Below, piece after piece: positions 1 to 11,600 of a stretch of DNA of 64,000 bases. This DNA is from Candidatus Komeilibacteria bacterium (GTDB lineage Bacteria > Patescibacteriota > Patescibacteriia > UBA1558): positions 212,919 to 276,918 of the forward strand of contig JBLYPW010000001.1 of NCBI GenBank assembly GCA_048538275.1. The letters run 5' to 3'. Both the position numbers and the translations under genes were made by a program. Every line of letters begins with the position of its first letter. Within the stretch, counting starts at the first letter, position 1. The notes beneath the pieces were generated by a model. It was not told the origin of the DNA, searched no databases, and worked only from the letters and a program-made list of their open reading frames with translations.

Positions 1-339
1 AGGTAGTTGGAGAAAATTAAGCTACCGAGCAGAAAAATTACCAATGCGCTAATTAAAAAAAATAGGCGTACAAATTTTTTCTTGTGCCGTGGTCGGTCTA
101 GATTTGCGACCTGATTGTCATCCCCCAGAAAATTTACGGGCTGTGATACTTTTGCTTTAGTTTTTTTGGTATTTGTTTGAGGGGCTGATGTCTGCGGGTT
201 GGCGCTGTTATAATAGTTTATTTTAACGCTTTCAGACTCGTGATCTTGAGTCTTGCGATTGATACTGTCTAGATTTGGCATTGATGATTTTTAGTAGCAA
301 GATATTTAAATTTTAGAATATTTATGCCTTTAAGTCAAT

Positions 340-368
340 TTGATTTTTCCTTTTTTATCTGTTATAAT
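340..368 (+). promoter_or_regulatory. sigma70-like promoter (TTGATT-N17-TATAAT) upstream of the tRNA-Val region
   Basis: TTGATT at 340-345, 17-nt spacer, TATAAT at 363-368, read directly from the sequence. Confidence 0.5.
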
Positions 369-492
369 CAGCATACTTTGTGCTCTTTTTGGGTTTTATT
401 AGCATATTGGCTTATAGGATATATAACTTAATTTTAGCCAAAGGCTGACCAACCTTTGGTTGGGATTAGAGCGTTCACCCCGTTAAATCTTG

Positions 493-590
493 GGCGTATA
501 GCTCCCCGCACCACTCACTGCGTTCGTTAGCGGGGCAGGCAGTTGGTAGATCCGCCAGTTGGCGGACTCTTAAGCAAACGGTCGCAGTAT
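493..590 (+). repeat. pseudo-tRNA 5' fragment (13 nt identical to the tRNA-Val 5' end) fused to a conserved 38-nt GC hairpin element, ~100 nt upstream of tRNA-Val
   Basis: gggcgtatagctc at 493-505 equals tRNA-Val positions 1-13. It is followed by ccccgcaccactcactgcgttcgttagcggggcaggcag, whose near-identical copy lies in the same arrangement upstream of tRNA-Lys (62063-62113, minus strand). A degenerate D-loop-like AGTTGGTAGA follows. Confidence 0.6.
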
Positions 591-607
591 TAATAAAATA
601 AAATCTT

Positions 608-684
608 GGGCGTATAGCTCAGTTGGTTAGAGCGCTACATTCACATTGTAGAAGTCTCAGGTTCAAATCCTGATACGCCCACCA
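608..684 (+). tRNA. tRNA-Val (anticodon CAC)
   Basis: Manual cloverleaf: acceptor gggcgta/tacgccc, D arm gctc-agttggtta-gagc, anticodon loop ttCACat, T arm tcagg-ttcaaat-cctga, encoded CCA. Confidence 0.85.
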
Positions 685-701
685 TTAATAGCCCAATTTA
701 A

Positions 702-727
702 CGGGGCAAGTTCACATTGTAGAAATC
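702..727 (+). repeat. second tRNA-Val-derived fragment: the 3' end of the 38-nt element (cggggcaag) fused to the tRNA-Val anticodon-arm sequence ttcacattgtagaa
   Basis: Direct sequence comparison with tRNA-Val 639-652 and with the element at 529-537. Confidence 0.5.
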
Positions 728-872
728 AGAGTTTGTTGTTTTCTCATGTTTACCACGTTTGTAGATACATTGTCATCGCTCTTATGATATGCAAAAATTT
801 GTTGGTTTAAAATGAGTTAGTCATTATTGCACCAAAACATATTTATTATTTTATAAACATATATATAATTCA

Positions 873-1526
873 ATGTCGGAAAATCTAAAATCAGAATCAG
901 AACAACAAGATAATAACAGTGTTGAAGAGGCTGAGGTTAAAGTTGAATCTTTTCAGTCTTTTGTTTTTGAAATGGTAAAGGTATTATTTATTTCTTTATT
1001 AATAATTGTTCCGATCCGGGCTTATGTAGTACAACCTTTTTATGTTGACGGCGCTTCCATGGAGCCAAATTTTTATGACGGGGAATATTTGATCGTGGAC
1101 GAAATAAGTTATCGTTTTCAAAATCCGCAAAGAGGAGATATTGTTGTTTTTCACCCGCCCAGCAATCCTAAAGTTTATTACATAAAAAGAATCATTGGCT
1201 TACCCGGTGAAGTAGTAGATATACAGAATGGTCAGATAAAGGTGTATGAGAAAGATTCTATAGAGCCATTATTTATGGATGAGTCAGAATATTTAACAGC
1301 CGAGTATGCCTTACGAGCGAGTGAAAAATATCATGTCTCATTAGAATATGACGAGTATTATTTATTAGGTGATAATCGGCCCAATAGTTTAGATTCTAGA
1401 CGTTTTGGCCCTATACCAAGAGATCATATTAAGGGCAAGGTGGTTTTACGAGCATTTCCTTTTGATCGTTTTGGTGGTATGACTAGGCCTGATTATAGCA
1501 ATGAAAATAATTTTAGCAATAATTAA
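873..1526 (+). CDS. lepB: signal peptidase I
   Basis: N-terminal TM segment; SPase I boxes GASMEPNF, GDIVVF, YIKRIIGLPGE, YYLLGDNRPNSLDSR. Confidence 0.9.
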   Translation: MSENLKSESEQQDNNSVEEAEVKVESFQSFVFEMVKVLFISLLIIVPIRAYVVQPFYVDGASMEPNFYDGEYLIVDEISYRFQNPQRGDIVVFHPPSNPKVYYIKRIIGLPGEVVDIQNGQIKVYEKDSIEPLFMDESEYLTAEYALRASEKYHVSLEYDEYYLLGDNRPNSLDSRRFGPIPRDHIKGKVVLRAFPFDRFGGMTRPDYSNENNFSNN

Positions 1527-1538
1527 TATCTATATTTT

Positions 1539-2846
1539 ATGGTAGCTAAAAAAGAAAAAAAAGCTTTTCAATTAGTCAGAGGAATGAAAGATATTTTGCC
1601 CGAAGATCAAAGATATTGGCAATATATTCGCAATACTTTAATGCAATTAGCGGCGGATTATAATTATCAGCGGATTGACACGCCAATTTTGGAATTTACT
1701 AAGTTGTTTAATCGTTCGGTTGGTAATTTTACTGACATAGTGGAAAAGGAAATGTATTCTTTCCAAGATCAGGGAAAAGAGCAGCTGAGCTTGCGACCGG
1801 AGTTAACGGCTGGCGTAGTGCGAGCTTATATAGAACACGGTATGATTAATTTACCCCAGCCGGTAAAGTTATTTTATATCGGTCCTTGTTTTCGTTATGA
1901 TCGGCCGCAGAGTGGTCGCCAACGTCAGTTTTGGCAATTTGGCTTTGAATCCATCGGTGAGGGCGGACCTATTGTTGACGCTCAGATTATCAATATGGGT
2001 TATAAGTTTTTTCGGCGCCTAAACCTAGACGTGACAGTGCAGATCAATAGCTTGGGTTGCATAGAGTGTCGCCCGACATATCATGAGGTGTTATTGGATT
2101 TTTTAAAAGGTAAAAAAAATCAGTTATGTGATGACTGCAAGCGTCGCGTGAATAAAAATCCATTACGTGTTTTGGACTGTAAAGAGGATACTTGTCAGGC
2201 GATAGTGGCTGATGCTCCTCAACAAGTTGATTATCTTTGTGATGAATGCCGGCAACATTTTGTAGCCACCCTAGAATATCTTGATGAATTGGAAGTGCCC
2301 TACAATTTAAATCCCAAGATAGTACGCGGTTTGGACTATTATACGAGGACTGCTTTTGAATTTACTGCCACCGATGATGATGAGAATAGGCAAAATGCTT
2401 TAGGTGGCGGTGGGCGTTATGATGGCTTGGTGGAAGAATTGGGCGGTCGGCCAACACCAGCAGTTGGCTTGGGGATTGGTATTGAACGTGTGGTGCGGGC
2501 TTTGCGTCATTATGATATCAAAGTCCCAGAACAAGAAGTCTATGATGTTTTTGTAGCTCAACTGGGCAAGGAAGCACGCAAGCAATGTTTGTCTCTTTAT
2601 GAAAAACTTTTAGACGCTGGCATTCGGGTAGTAGAAAATTTTGCCAAGGAAGGTTTGAAACCACAATTAGAACTAGCTAATAAACTGGGAGTAAAATATG
2701 CTTTATTGTTAGGGCAAAAAGAAATAGTAGATGGCACCATCTTAATTCGCGATATGGAAGGTGGTATCCAGGAAGTAGTTGATTATAATAAGGTAGTGCT
2801 TGAGTTAAAAAAGAGGCTAAAAGCCAAAGAAGTTGAAGAAGTATAA
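1539..2846 (+). CDS. hisS: histidyl-tRNA synthetase
   Basis: Class II aaRS motifs: GPCFRYDRPQ..RQFWQFGFE, GGGGRYDGL, and a C-terminal anticodon-binding domain. Confidence 0.9.
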   Translation: MVAKKEKKAFQLVRGMKDILPEDQRYWQYIRNTLMQLAADYNYQRIDTPILEFTKLFNRSVGNFTDIVEKEMYSFQDQGKEQLSLRPELTAGVVRAYIEHGMINLPQPVKLFYIGPCFRYDRPQSGRQRQFWQFGFESIGEGGPIVDAQIINMGYKFFRRLNLDVTVQINSLGCIECRPTYHEVLLDFLKGKKNQLCDDCKRRVNKNPLRVLDCKEDTCQAIVADAPQQVDYLCDECRQHFVATLEYLDELEVPYNLNPKIVRGLDYYTRTAFEFTATDDDENRQNALGGGGRYDGLVEELGGRPTPAVGLGIGIERVVRALRHYDIKVPEQEVYDVFVAQLGKEARKQCLSLYEKLLDAGIRVVENFAKEGLKPQLELANKLGVKYALLLGQKEIVDGTILIRDMEGGIQEVVDYNKVVLELKKRLKAKEVEEV

Positions 2847-2952
2847 TTTCTTTGACAAATCGTTTTTTTTGTGTTATTAAATATATAGGTCAAACAGATA
2901 TTTATTTATGTCTGTTACAAATTTATAAACTAAGTAAAGGGGGTGACTCTTC

Positions 2953-3198
2953 GTGTTAGAGGTTAAACGTAAGCCGGGTGAGACTTTTGAGAGTTTATTG
3001 CGGCGTTTTACTAAAAAAACCATTCAAAGCGGAAAAATATTGCAAGTTAAGAAAATCAAATATTTTCAGAAACCCAAAACTGAGAGAGCAAAAAAAGAAG
3101 CCGCTCTCAAGCGTCAAGAATCACGTAAGCAAAGAGATTATTTACGACGCGTCGGTAAACTGGATGAGTGGTTGGATAAACGACGTAAGCGCAGATAA
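2953..3198 (+). CDS. rpsU: 30S ribosomal protein S21 (GTG start)
   Basis: MLEVKRKPGETFESLLRRFTKK... is a typical S21 sequence; rpsU-yqeY adjacency is conserved. Confidence 0.85.
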   Translation: MLEVKRKPGETFESLLRRFTKKTIQSGKILQVKKIKYFQKPKTERAKKEAALKRQESRKQRDYLRRVGKLDEWLDKRRKRR

Positions 3199-3216
3199 AC
3201 ATTAGCTTTTTTTACG

Positions 3217-3660
3217 ATGTCATTAGTAGAACAAATATTGGCCGATCAAAAAGAGGCCATGAAAAACAGAGAACAGATTCGCTTATCTGTATTACGTATG
3301 TTATCAACTAGCGTAAAGAATAAAGCGATAGCAAAGCGTGATGATTTAACAGATGAAGAAGTTCAGGCAGTTATTCGCACTGAAGTGAAAAGAAGGCAAG
3401 AGGCTGCCACTGCTTGGCGGCAAGCCAAGCAGGAGGATAAGGCCGTTGCGGAAGAAAAAGAGGCGGAAATTTTGCAAGCTTATTTACCCGCTCAGTTAAG
3501 CGACGATGAATTGAAGTCATTAATTGAGCAAATAATTCAAGAAAATAACCTTAAAGGCGCTGCTCAGTTTGGTCAGGCAATGGGCAAGGTAATGTCAGTA
3601 GTTGCTGGCCGAGCCGATGGTAAGCGGGTGCAAACTTTTCTACGCGCAGCCTTGCAGTAG
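3217..3660 (+). CDS. yqeY: GatB/YqeY domain protein
   Basis: Full-length similarity to the YqeY family (..QFGQAMGKVM..AGRADGKRV..). Confidence 0.8.
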   Translation: MSLVEQILADQKEAMKNREQIRLSVLRMLSTSVKNKAIAKRDDLTDEEVQAVIRTEVKRRQEAATAWRQAKQEDKAVAEEKEAEILQAYLPAQLSDDELKSLIEQIIQENNLKGAAQFGQAMGKVMSVVAGRADGKRVQTFLRAALQ

Positions 3661-3687
3661 ATTTACCATAAATTTCATCACTCTCCC

Positions 3688-5634
3688 ATGCTAAAATTTT
3701 TTGACATGATGAAAAAAAAGAGAACCGCTGTTTTGTTATCTTTATTGATTGCAGCGGTTCTTTTTTTGTGGGCAATGGGTGTGCAGGCGGTCAATGATTT
3801 GGGCTTGAGTACGGCTCAGCAAATTGGTTTGGGCACGACTCCTTTGCCGGATATTGTAGTCAATGTCGTGCATGTGTTTTTGGGATTGCTGGGCTTGTTA
3901 GCGGTCATTTTTGTATTATATGGCGGCTTTGTTTGGATGACGGCCGGTGGCAACCCTGATAAAATAAGTCAAGCAAAAAAGATATTGATTAATACGGTCA
4001 TCGGCATAGTGATTATATTGTCTTCGTATGCTTTGACAGAATTTTTATTTAGACAATTTGGCTGGGTTACTGGATTACAAAATAATGTGGTGAATCAGTC
4101 ACGCGATAACTCTTATTATTATAGTGGTGGCTTGGCCGGCGGTATTATTCGGGCACATTATCCTCAACGTGGCGATGTTGATGTACCGCGCAATGTTGCT
4201 ATTGCCATTACTTTTAAAGAAGCTATTGATCCGACCACCATTATTGGCGACGACGGTAAGATAATTGTTGACAATGTCAGTATTAGCACCTTAGACGGCG
4301 CGGCTCTAACTGATATTAGCGTTAGCACGGTGGATAATTTAACTTTTATATTGCGACCGGATCAGTGGCTGGGCAATGATCAGGCGGCGGTTTGGTATCA
4401 AGTAGGTTTGCTTTCCGGCATTCAAAAAAGCAATGGCGACCCGGCTTTTGGTCCTTTAGGAAATTATAGTTGGCAATTTGCCACTAGCACTGAAGCAGAT
4501 ACGACACCTCCTCAAGTAACGAGTATTACGCCCAGCGCCGATAGTACTGAGCCGCGTAATGTAGCCGTGCAGATTAACTTTAATGAGCCGGTTGATCCTA
4601 CTAGTGCCAGCGGTGATAGTAATAATTTTTCTAATATTATACTTAGTGATATGTCTGATCAAATAGTATCAGGCACTTATACTATAACCAATCAGTACCG
4701 TACCGTAGAATTTTTAACTAATGATTTGTGTGGTCAAAATTCTTGTGGTGATGATGTCTATTGTTTGCCGGCAGACGAATTATTAAACGCTTTGATCAAA
4801 GCCGCCAGCGTGGGTGTCTTACCTTATGACGGCGTGGTGGACATGGCGGGTAATAGTTTAGATGGCAATGCTAATGGTCAAGCGGAAGGATCTTCTACTG
4901 ATGATTATGGCTGGAATTTTAATACCACCAATGACATTGATATTACGGCACCACAAGTTAAAGAAGTTACTCCAGATACTTCAGCCAATGGTATTAGTAC
5001 TCGTGCTAGAGTACGGGCTGATTTTAATAAGCCTATGCTGTTGAGCTCTATTAATGGTGACTCTATGCAAATAGATCAAGGAGTGAATTATTGGATCAAT
5101 AGTACGATTCAGGATAATACTACCATGAGTTATATTAATCACGATGAATTTATTACGCAGACTACTTATCATCCTCGTATTACCAATGCCTGTCGCGATA
5201 TTTACCAAAATTGTTTTAATCCGCCGCAGGGTCCCAATGAATGGCTGATTTCTCCGACGGGCGATTGGGCCTGGATAGATGGTACTACTAGTGGTGATAT
5301 TGCTAGCGATTCATTGGGTACTAGCTTGACCCTAAGCGCTGGTAATAGTAGTGGCGCTTGGGTATCAGCCGCTATGAGTGCTGATGCGCCAGTAGCTGTG
5401 ATGGCTGTTTTTGCTCAGGATTTGTTGGATAATGGTAGTCAGACGCAGATTTTTGTGCGTAGCGCCAATACCATTGCCAATCTAAATAATGCAACCTGGA
5501 TGGCAGTAGGTTATGACGGACAGCTCAATTTGCCTGCGGCGAATTATTGGCAACTCAAAGCAGAATTAAGTAGCGTGGCAGATGATAGCGTGCCTACAAT
5601 TTTTCAAATTAGCCTTAATATTGATAAATCTTAA
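3688..5634 (+). CDS. surface protein: signal peptide, then a T4SS-pilin-like (VirB2/TrbC-type) two-helix module, then three SbsA-type Ig-like (Big_5-like) domains
   Basis: Signal peptide. Hydrophobic hairpin ..HVFLGLLGLLAVIFVLYGGFVWMTAGGNPDKISQAKKILINTVIGIVIILSSYALTEF. Repeated PRNVA(I/V)xIxFxExIDP Ig-like units. Stop/start overlap (TAATG) with the next gene. Confidence 0.8.
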   Translation: MLKFFDMMKKKRTAVLLSLLIAAVLFLWAMGVQAVNDLGLSTAQQIGLGTTPLPDIVVNVVHVFLGLLGLLAVIFVLYGGFVWMTAGGNPDKISQAKKILINTVIGIVIILSSYALTEFLFRQFGWVTGLQNNVVNQSRDNSYYYSGGLAGGIIRAHYPQRGDVDVPRNVAIAITFKEAIDPTTIIGDDGKIIVDNVSISTLDGAALTDISVSTVDNLTFILRPDQWLGNDQAAVWYQVGLLSGIQKSNGDPAFGPLGNYSWQFATSTEADTTPPQVTSITPSADSTEPRNVAVQINFNEPVDPTSASGDSNNFSNIILSDMSDQIVSGTYTITNQYRTVEFLTNDLCGQNSCGDDVYCLPADELLNALIKAASVGVLPYDGVVDMAGNSLDGNANGQAEGSSTDDYGWNFNTTNDIDITAPQVKEVTPDTSANGISTRARVRADFNKPMLLSSINGDSMQIDQGVNYWINSTIQDNTTMSYINHDEFITQTTYHPRITNACRDIYQNCFNPPQGPNEWLISPTGDWAWIDGTTSGDIASDSLGTSLTLSAGNSSGAWVSAAMSADAPVAVMAVFAQDLLDNGSQTQIFVRSANTIANLNNATWMAVGYDGQLNLPAANYWQLKAELSSVADDSVPTIFQISLNIDKS

Positions 5635-8600
5635 TGCGCAAAGCATCGCATAAAAAAATATTTTTTGTTTTCTTGGCTTTGTTATTAATACCAATTATTA
5701 GTTTTGCGCAAGCTAATTTAGGTTTAGATACGGCTGGCAGCATTGGTTTGGGTACAACTGATTTACCGGTAATTATCGTTAATATTATAAGAATATTTTT
5801 GAGTTTATTGGGCTTGATTGCTGTTGGTGTTATTATTTGGGCTGGTTTGCAGTGGATGACAGCCGGTGGCAACCCAGAGCAGGTCGGACGGGCAAAAAAG
5901 TGGATGATTAATGGTTTGATCGGTCTGGTCATAATCATGGCCTCTTTTGGGATTGCTAGTTTTGTTATTAATAATTTAAAACAAGCTACTGGCTTGAGCG
6001 AAGCTACAGGTGATAATAATAGTTCGGGTGGTGGCGGTTTGCCTGGTGGTGGTTTTGTTTTGAGTAGTTGGCAACCAAGTAACAATAGTAGTGATTGGCC
6101 ACGTAATATTATAGTACGAGCTTATTTTAGCGGTGTCATTGATGCCACCACGCTTGATGAGAATGATATCACTTTTATTGACACCACTAGTAATAATAAT
6201 ATTCCTTTTGTTTTAGAGGCCAATGGTAGTCGTTTAGATATAGCGCCACAAAATAGTTGTGCTGTTGATGGCGTTGATTATTGTTTGCCAGCAGATCATG
6301 CTTATCAGGTAAGTATTGTAAATGGATCAATACGTTCTTTAGCTAACCATACTTTACAATGCGGACAAAATTGTCAGACGGTTTTTTCCGTTGGCAATAG
6401 TATTGATAATACTGCTCCCAATTTTGCGCTAGTGCAACCGGTGGCTGATAGTTTAGTAGCGCTTGATTCATTGGTACCGATTTTAGGTCAGCCAAATGAT
6501 AATAGTAGTGTTATTGCAGCGGTGACTTTTTTGGCTAATGATGATGTTGTTCAACCAGTTGGTAGCGATACGGATGGTGAGCCGTGGACAGTTGACTGGG
6601 TAGTGTCTGGCTATAATGCTGGTGAGATATTAAGTTTAAGTGCTACAGCGGAAGATTTGAGTGGCAATGTGGGTTATGCCCCTGATGTGCGGGTTATTGT
6701 GAGGCCGGAGCATTGTTTCAACGGCTATCAAGACGCTGATGAAACCGGTATTGATGTGGGAGGTAGTTGTGGCGCTGCTTTGGGAGAGTCATGCAATGTT
6801 AATAATAGTTGTGGCAATGGTGATCAATTTTGCGCGGAAGGGAGTTGTAGTGAAGTAACCTGTACTTGTGAAGCCAAGCCCATTGTCATGAGCATTACAC
6901 CCGCTGATGGTGCGGTAGGAAATTTAATTACTATTTATGGTAGTGGTTTTGGTCAAGATTTGGGTGTAGTGACTTTTTTGGGTAGTGCAGCTAGTGGCGA
7001 TGAACAGCTTGGTGATTTAAATGTTTGTTTACAAAGCTGGACCAATAATCAGGTTATAGTAGCAGTGCCAAATAATGCGGTTAGTGGGGGGATTAAATTA
7101 ACTACGGCCAGCGGACGTTTTGATACCACTTTGGATGAATTAGGATGGCAAGGAGAATTTGATGTAAATACCGTGGTGCGACCGGGTTTGTGTTCAGTTG
7201 ATCCAACGATTGGACCGGCCTTGTCACTGGCTAGTGTACAAGGTATTAATTTAGGTTCAAGTGCTGACAATCAAAACTTATTTGTAGGTGGTCAGTCGGC
7301 CAATATTGGTACTTGGCAAAATTCAGCAATTGATTTTATAGTTCCAAATCTACTGCCCAGTAGTCAGCCAGTGAGTATTTCTATACAAAATGACCAGCAA
7401 GAAAATAGTAATCCGGTGTATTTTGTGGTGCAGCCAGACATAGTGACACCACATTTATATAGTATTAATCCGGCTGGAGGGCCAGCGGGTCAGTATATTA
7501 CCTTGACGGGTACAAATTTTGGTACAAATCCGAGCGAAGTAAATGTCAAATTTGTGGCCGCTGATAATACTGCCACGGAAGCAGATATAGATTTTCCGGC
7601 AATGTGTGGAGAGCGACAAATTAGTAATACGGAAATGGTGGTAAAGGTGCCAGCGATCGCAGTGGGCGACTATGCCGTGGACGTTCGCCGTTTGGGTAAG
7701 GTGAGTGAGTCCATTGATTTTTCAGTTGTCAGTGGTCAGCCAGGGGCAGGATTGTGTGCTTTATTGCCAGATAATGGACCCAATGGCATTAGCGTGCAGG
7801 TAGTAGGTGATAATTTTTCTAATGATGGAAGTGTCAATTTTTATAATAATCAAACAGCCCAGACTAGCAATTGGCAAGCTAATAGCGTTGACACCGTTGT
7901 ACCGGCTGATGCAGTGAGTGGGCCGGTGAGCATGATGCTGGCAGGACAGGTTAGTAATAGCATAAATTTCTCGGTGGGCACTTGTAGTCCCGGACCGGGC
8001 GAGGAATTGTGTGCTGATGGCAGCTGTCGTCCGGTAGGAGAATGTTTAAATATACCGGCAGATGATGACTATACTTGGTCTTTTACCACGGGCGAGGCGT
8101 GGCCACCCTTCGTTGTTAGTGATTATTGGCCGGCTTGTAATAGTGCTTGTACAAATGCTGATGTAGCAGCGGTTTTTTCCAATCCATTGGATACAAATAC
8201 AATTATGAACAATGTTGAGATTTGGGATTGTGGTGAGGATGACATGTGTCTATCATCTGAGCAAATTGATTTGACCAATGGCAATGTTTGGGGCGGTAAT
8301 TATGATGCGAGTAACAATGTATTGCATTTTTTACCTTTGGGCATTAGCGCTAATCACAATTATCGCGTAGTTATGACCATGGGTAATGATGGTATAAAAA
8401 ATGCCGTAGGTGAAAATTTAACTAATCCTAATTTTGATAAAAATGGTGACGGAATAGATGATAGCTTTGCTTGGATTTTTAGTACTGGCGAGCAAGCATG
8501 TGTTCCAGCGCGCGCTGAGGTTTTGCCATCTCCTATTAAGTTTACTCGTTTAGAACAAAGTGAAACTGTCTACCCTTATCCTTATTCGGCGGCTGACAGT

Positions 8601-11600
8601 TGTAGCGCAACAGGACAACCTTTGTTGGCCAGTGATTATAGTTGGGCATGGAGTCTAAGCTCAGCGCTGCCAATAACTTTAGCAGTGGGAAGTAATTATG
8701 CCATTGTTCGCCCTCGGGCTGATGGCCAATCAAGGGTATTGGCAAGGATAAATGATTATGGTGTTATTGGTAGAAGCTTTGTTACCGTGGATATGGACAT
8801 TCCTGTTATTACCGCTATTAGTCCGGATAATGGTACGACAAATACTAATGTAAAAACTTTGGTTACCATTAGCGGTTATAATTTTGGCGAACATCAGGGT
8901 AGTAGTTATGTGGAAGTGGGCGGTACACGGGCGCAGTTGGCTGATTGTGGTATACCTTGGAGTGATACGCAAATTATTATAGAATTACCAGCCACTACGC
9001 AGAGTGGTGATCATATTAAAGTCATAAAAACTACTGGTGAGGATATTTCAGACCAGGCCTTTACGGTGAATAATATTATTAGACCGGCATTGTGTGGTAT
9101 TTCTCCCAATTATGGCACGGACGGTGATAGCGTGACTTTATCAGGCTATAATTTTGGCGATACCCAAGTTGATAGTATGGTAATGTTTGATCAGCTGGGA
9201 GTGGATACAATCAATAGTTGGTCTAATCAGTCCATTCGTACTATCGTACCGCCAGGTGCTAGTACGGGTCCGGTTTATGTTAATGTTCTTGGTAATAATT
9301 CTAATGCCATTAATTTTTCTTTGGAGCCATTTATAACCAAGCTTGATCCGAACAATGGCCCGGTCAATAGTTATGTTACTATTTATGGTGGAAATTTTGG
9401 TGATACTAGAGGTAATGGTCGGGTGATGATTGGTGGTCAATTAGCGAACTTAGCCCCTTGTGTTGATAATTGGAACAATACCACTATTATCGTTCAGGTA
9501 CCGGAAGGTCTTGATCTGGGCAAGTGGCCGGTACAAATATTTACAGCTAATAATATTCCCACCAATACGGTAGATTTTACAGTCAATGAAAATCCTTTGA
9601 ATCCACTATTGTGCCAGCTGGATCCAAATTGGGCGAGTAATAATGAAAGTATAAAATTGAAAGGTGATAATTTTGGTGACGCTCCCTATTTTGCCGGAGC
9701 AGAAAATGTAGACATGGCAGTGGGCGCTGATTATAGTAATATTATGGACCGTTCATGTATTTATAATAATGGTACTTATATTGGTTCTTGCAGTAATCTA
9801 TGGGTGGACTATCAGTTTAATTTTAATGCGGATGGTTATTATAATGCTTGGGCGGAGACCAGTAATAATGGTATAGATCTTACCGATCAAGGAATCTATC
9901 ATAATGTAGTTGTTTATCTTGACGGTCAATATATAGGTCAGTTCAGCAATGTAGCATCAAACCCAGATCACAATTTAGGTAGTGTGGGTTTGGGTTGGGT
10001 GAGCGCCGGTAATCATACGGTGAGATATTATTGGAATAATGATTGGTGTGGTGGTTGTGGTGATGGCATAGGCGATTCTAATATTCTATTTCATAAGGTT
10101 GGTATAGATGAGGGCGCTCCGATGAGCTATGCTTTATTTACTGATAATTATGCTGCTGAGACAAATAGCTGGCAAAACACAGAAATGAGCGCCAATATCA
10201 ATGAGTCGGTATTATCAGGTCCAGTTAGTTTGGTTAAAGAGGTGGTGACTGGTCGACAGTGCGCTGGTTTTCATATTGGCGGTTGGTGTCCGGGTGGAGT
10301 TTATGATGATATTACTACTACGACACAAAGTAATAGCTTGTCCTTTATCAAGGGCTGTGTGATTGGTACTACTTCTTCGCGAGTAGAAGGTTATATTCCC
10401 ACGGTGGCGGAAAATAGTGAGGCGGTGGGAACTTTAGCTACAGATGGTAGATTTTTATATGGTAAGAGTTGGGGTGGCTATGATAGGCACGATCGGTTGA
10501 TAACAAGAATTGGCAGTGGTTATCAGTATACTGTTCTTGGCAAAGTTTATAGTCATTTAGCTTATGTTGCGGACAGCTTAACTATGACTTATTATCCGGA
10601 TGGATATATATATAATGGTTATTCTACCAATGGGCATAATTTGCAACGGATCAATGCGGGAACTGGTTCCACTGATATGAGTTTAAATATTCCTGATGGT
10701 TTGCTGAATCGTAATACGGGGGAGGTTTATTCAGGAGTAAGAAGTGATTATTTAATTACTTCTGATGGTACATATATTTATAATTTAGCTTTTAGTACTC
10801 ATGCCTGCCCCCAAAATTATGGCAACCGTTGTTATGATGGATTCAAAGTTAGGGTTTTTGATCCAATGGATGATATGAGCTTGGTAAGAGAATGGACATC
10901 TGGTACAGATTCATTTTATACCGACGGTATTATCGCGGATGGTAAATATGTTTATGCCTTTGAATGGAGTGGCCAGCACAGAGTACGAAAAATGGATGCC
11001 ATCACCGGAGAGTTTGTGGCAGAATGGATATCCGAACAAGGCGGTCCAACTGGTGAGGGTAATGATATTATTTCCGGTCAATATGATTGGGTCAATGATA
11101 CAGTATGGATGGGTGATTTAGTTGATCATAGTCGCAATCCTGGCCCGGCTTATATTTATCAATATAATAGTTGTCATTTTGAAGACGGTGTGCTATTTCC
11201 AAGGTGCGGTGATGGTATATTGCAACAGAATGGCGAACCGGGTGATAGTTATGATTATACTTCTGCTCACAGTGGCAATATCAATTCTTATTATGAGCAA
11301 TGTGACGATGGTAATCTTATTAACGGGGATGGTTGTAGCTCGTGGTGTGCTCTTGAATCAGTGCCAGTCAGTAGTAATTTTATTATTACTGATCATGAGC
11401 CTGCAGTGGACGCTCCTGCCAATACCACCATCCGTTTGTTTTTCAGTGATAATGTTGCGACCGGTTCATTGGCCGATCGTGATATTACGATTACAGCCGG
11501 CGAAAATAATTTAAGTTGGAATGCATCAGTGAATAATAATGTCATTACTCTATTACCAACCCAAGTTTGTGGCGCCCCACATACAGACTTACGATGCTGG

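Noticed and set aside
2978-3205. An alternative-frame ORF overlapping rpsU
   Set aside because: The other frame encodes a clear S21 homolog, so this is a frame shadow.
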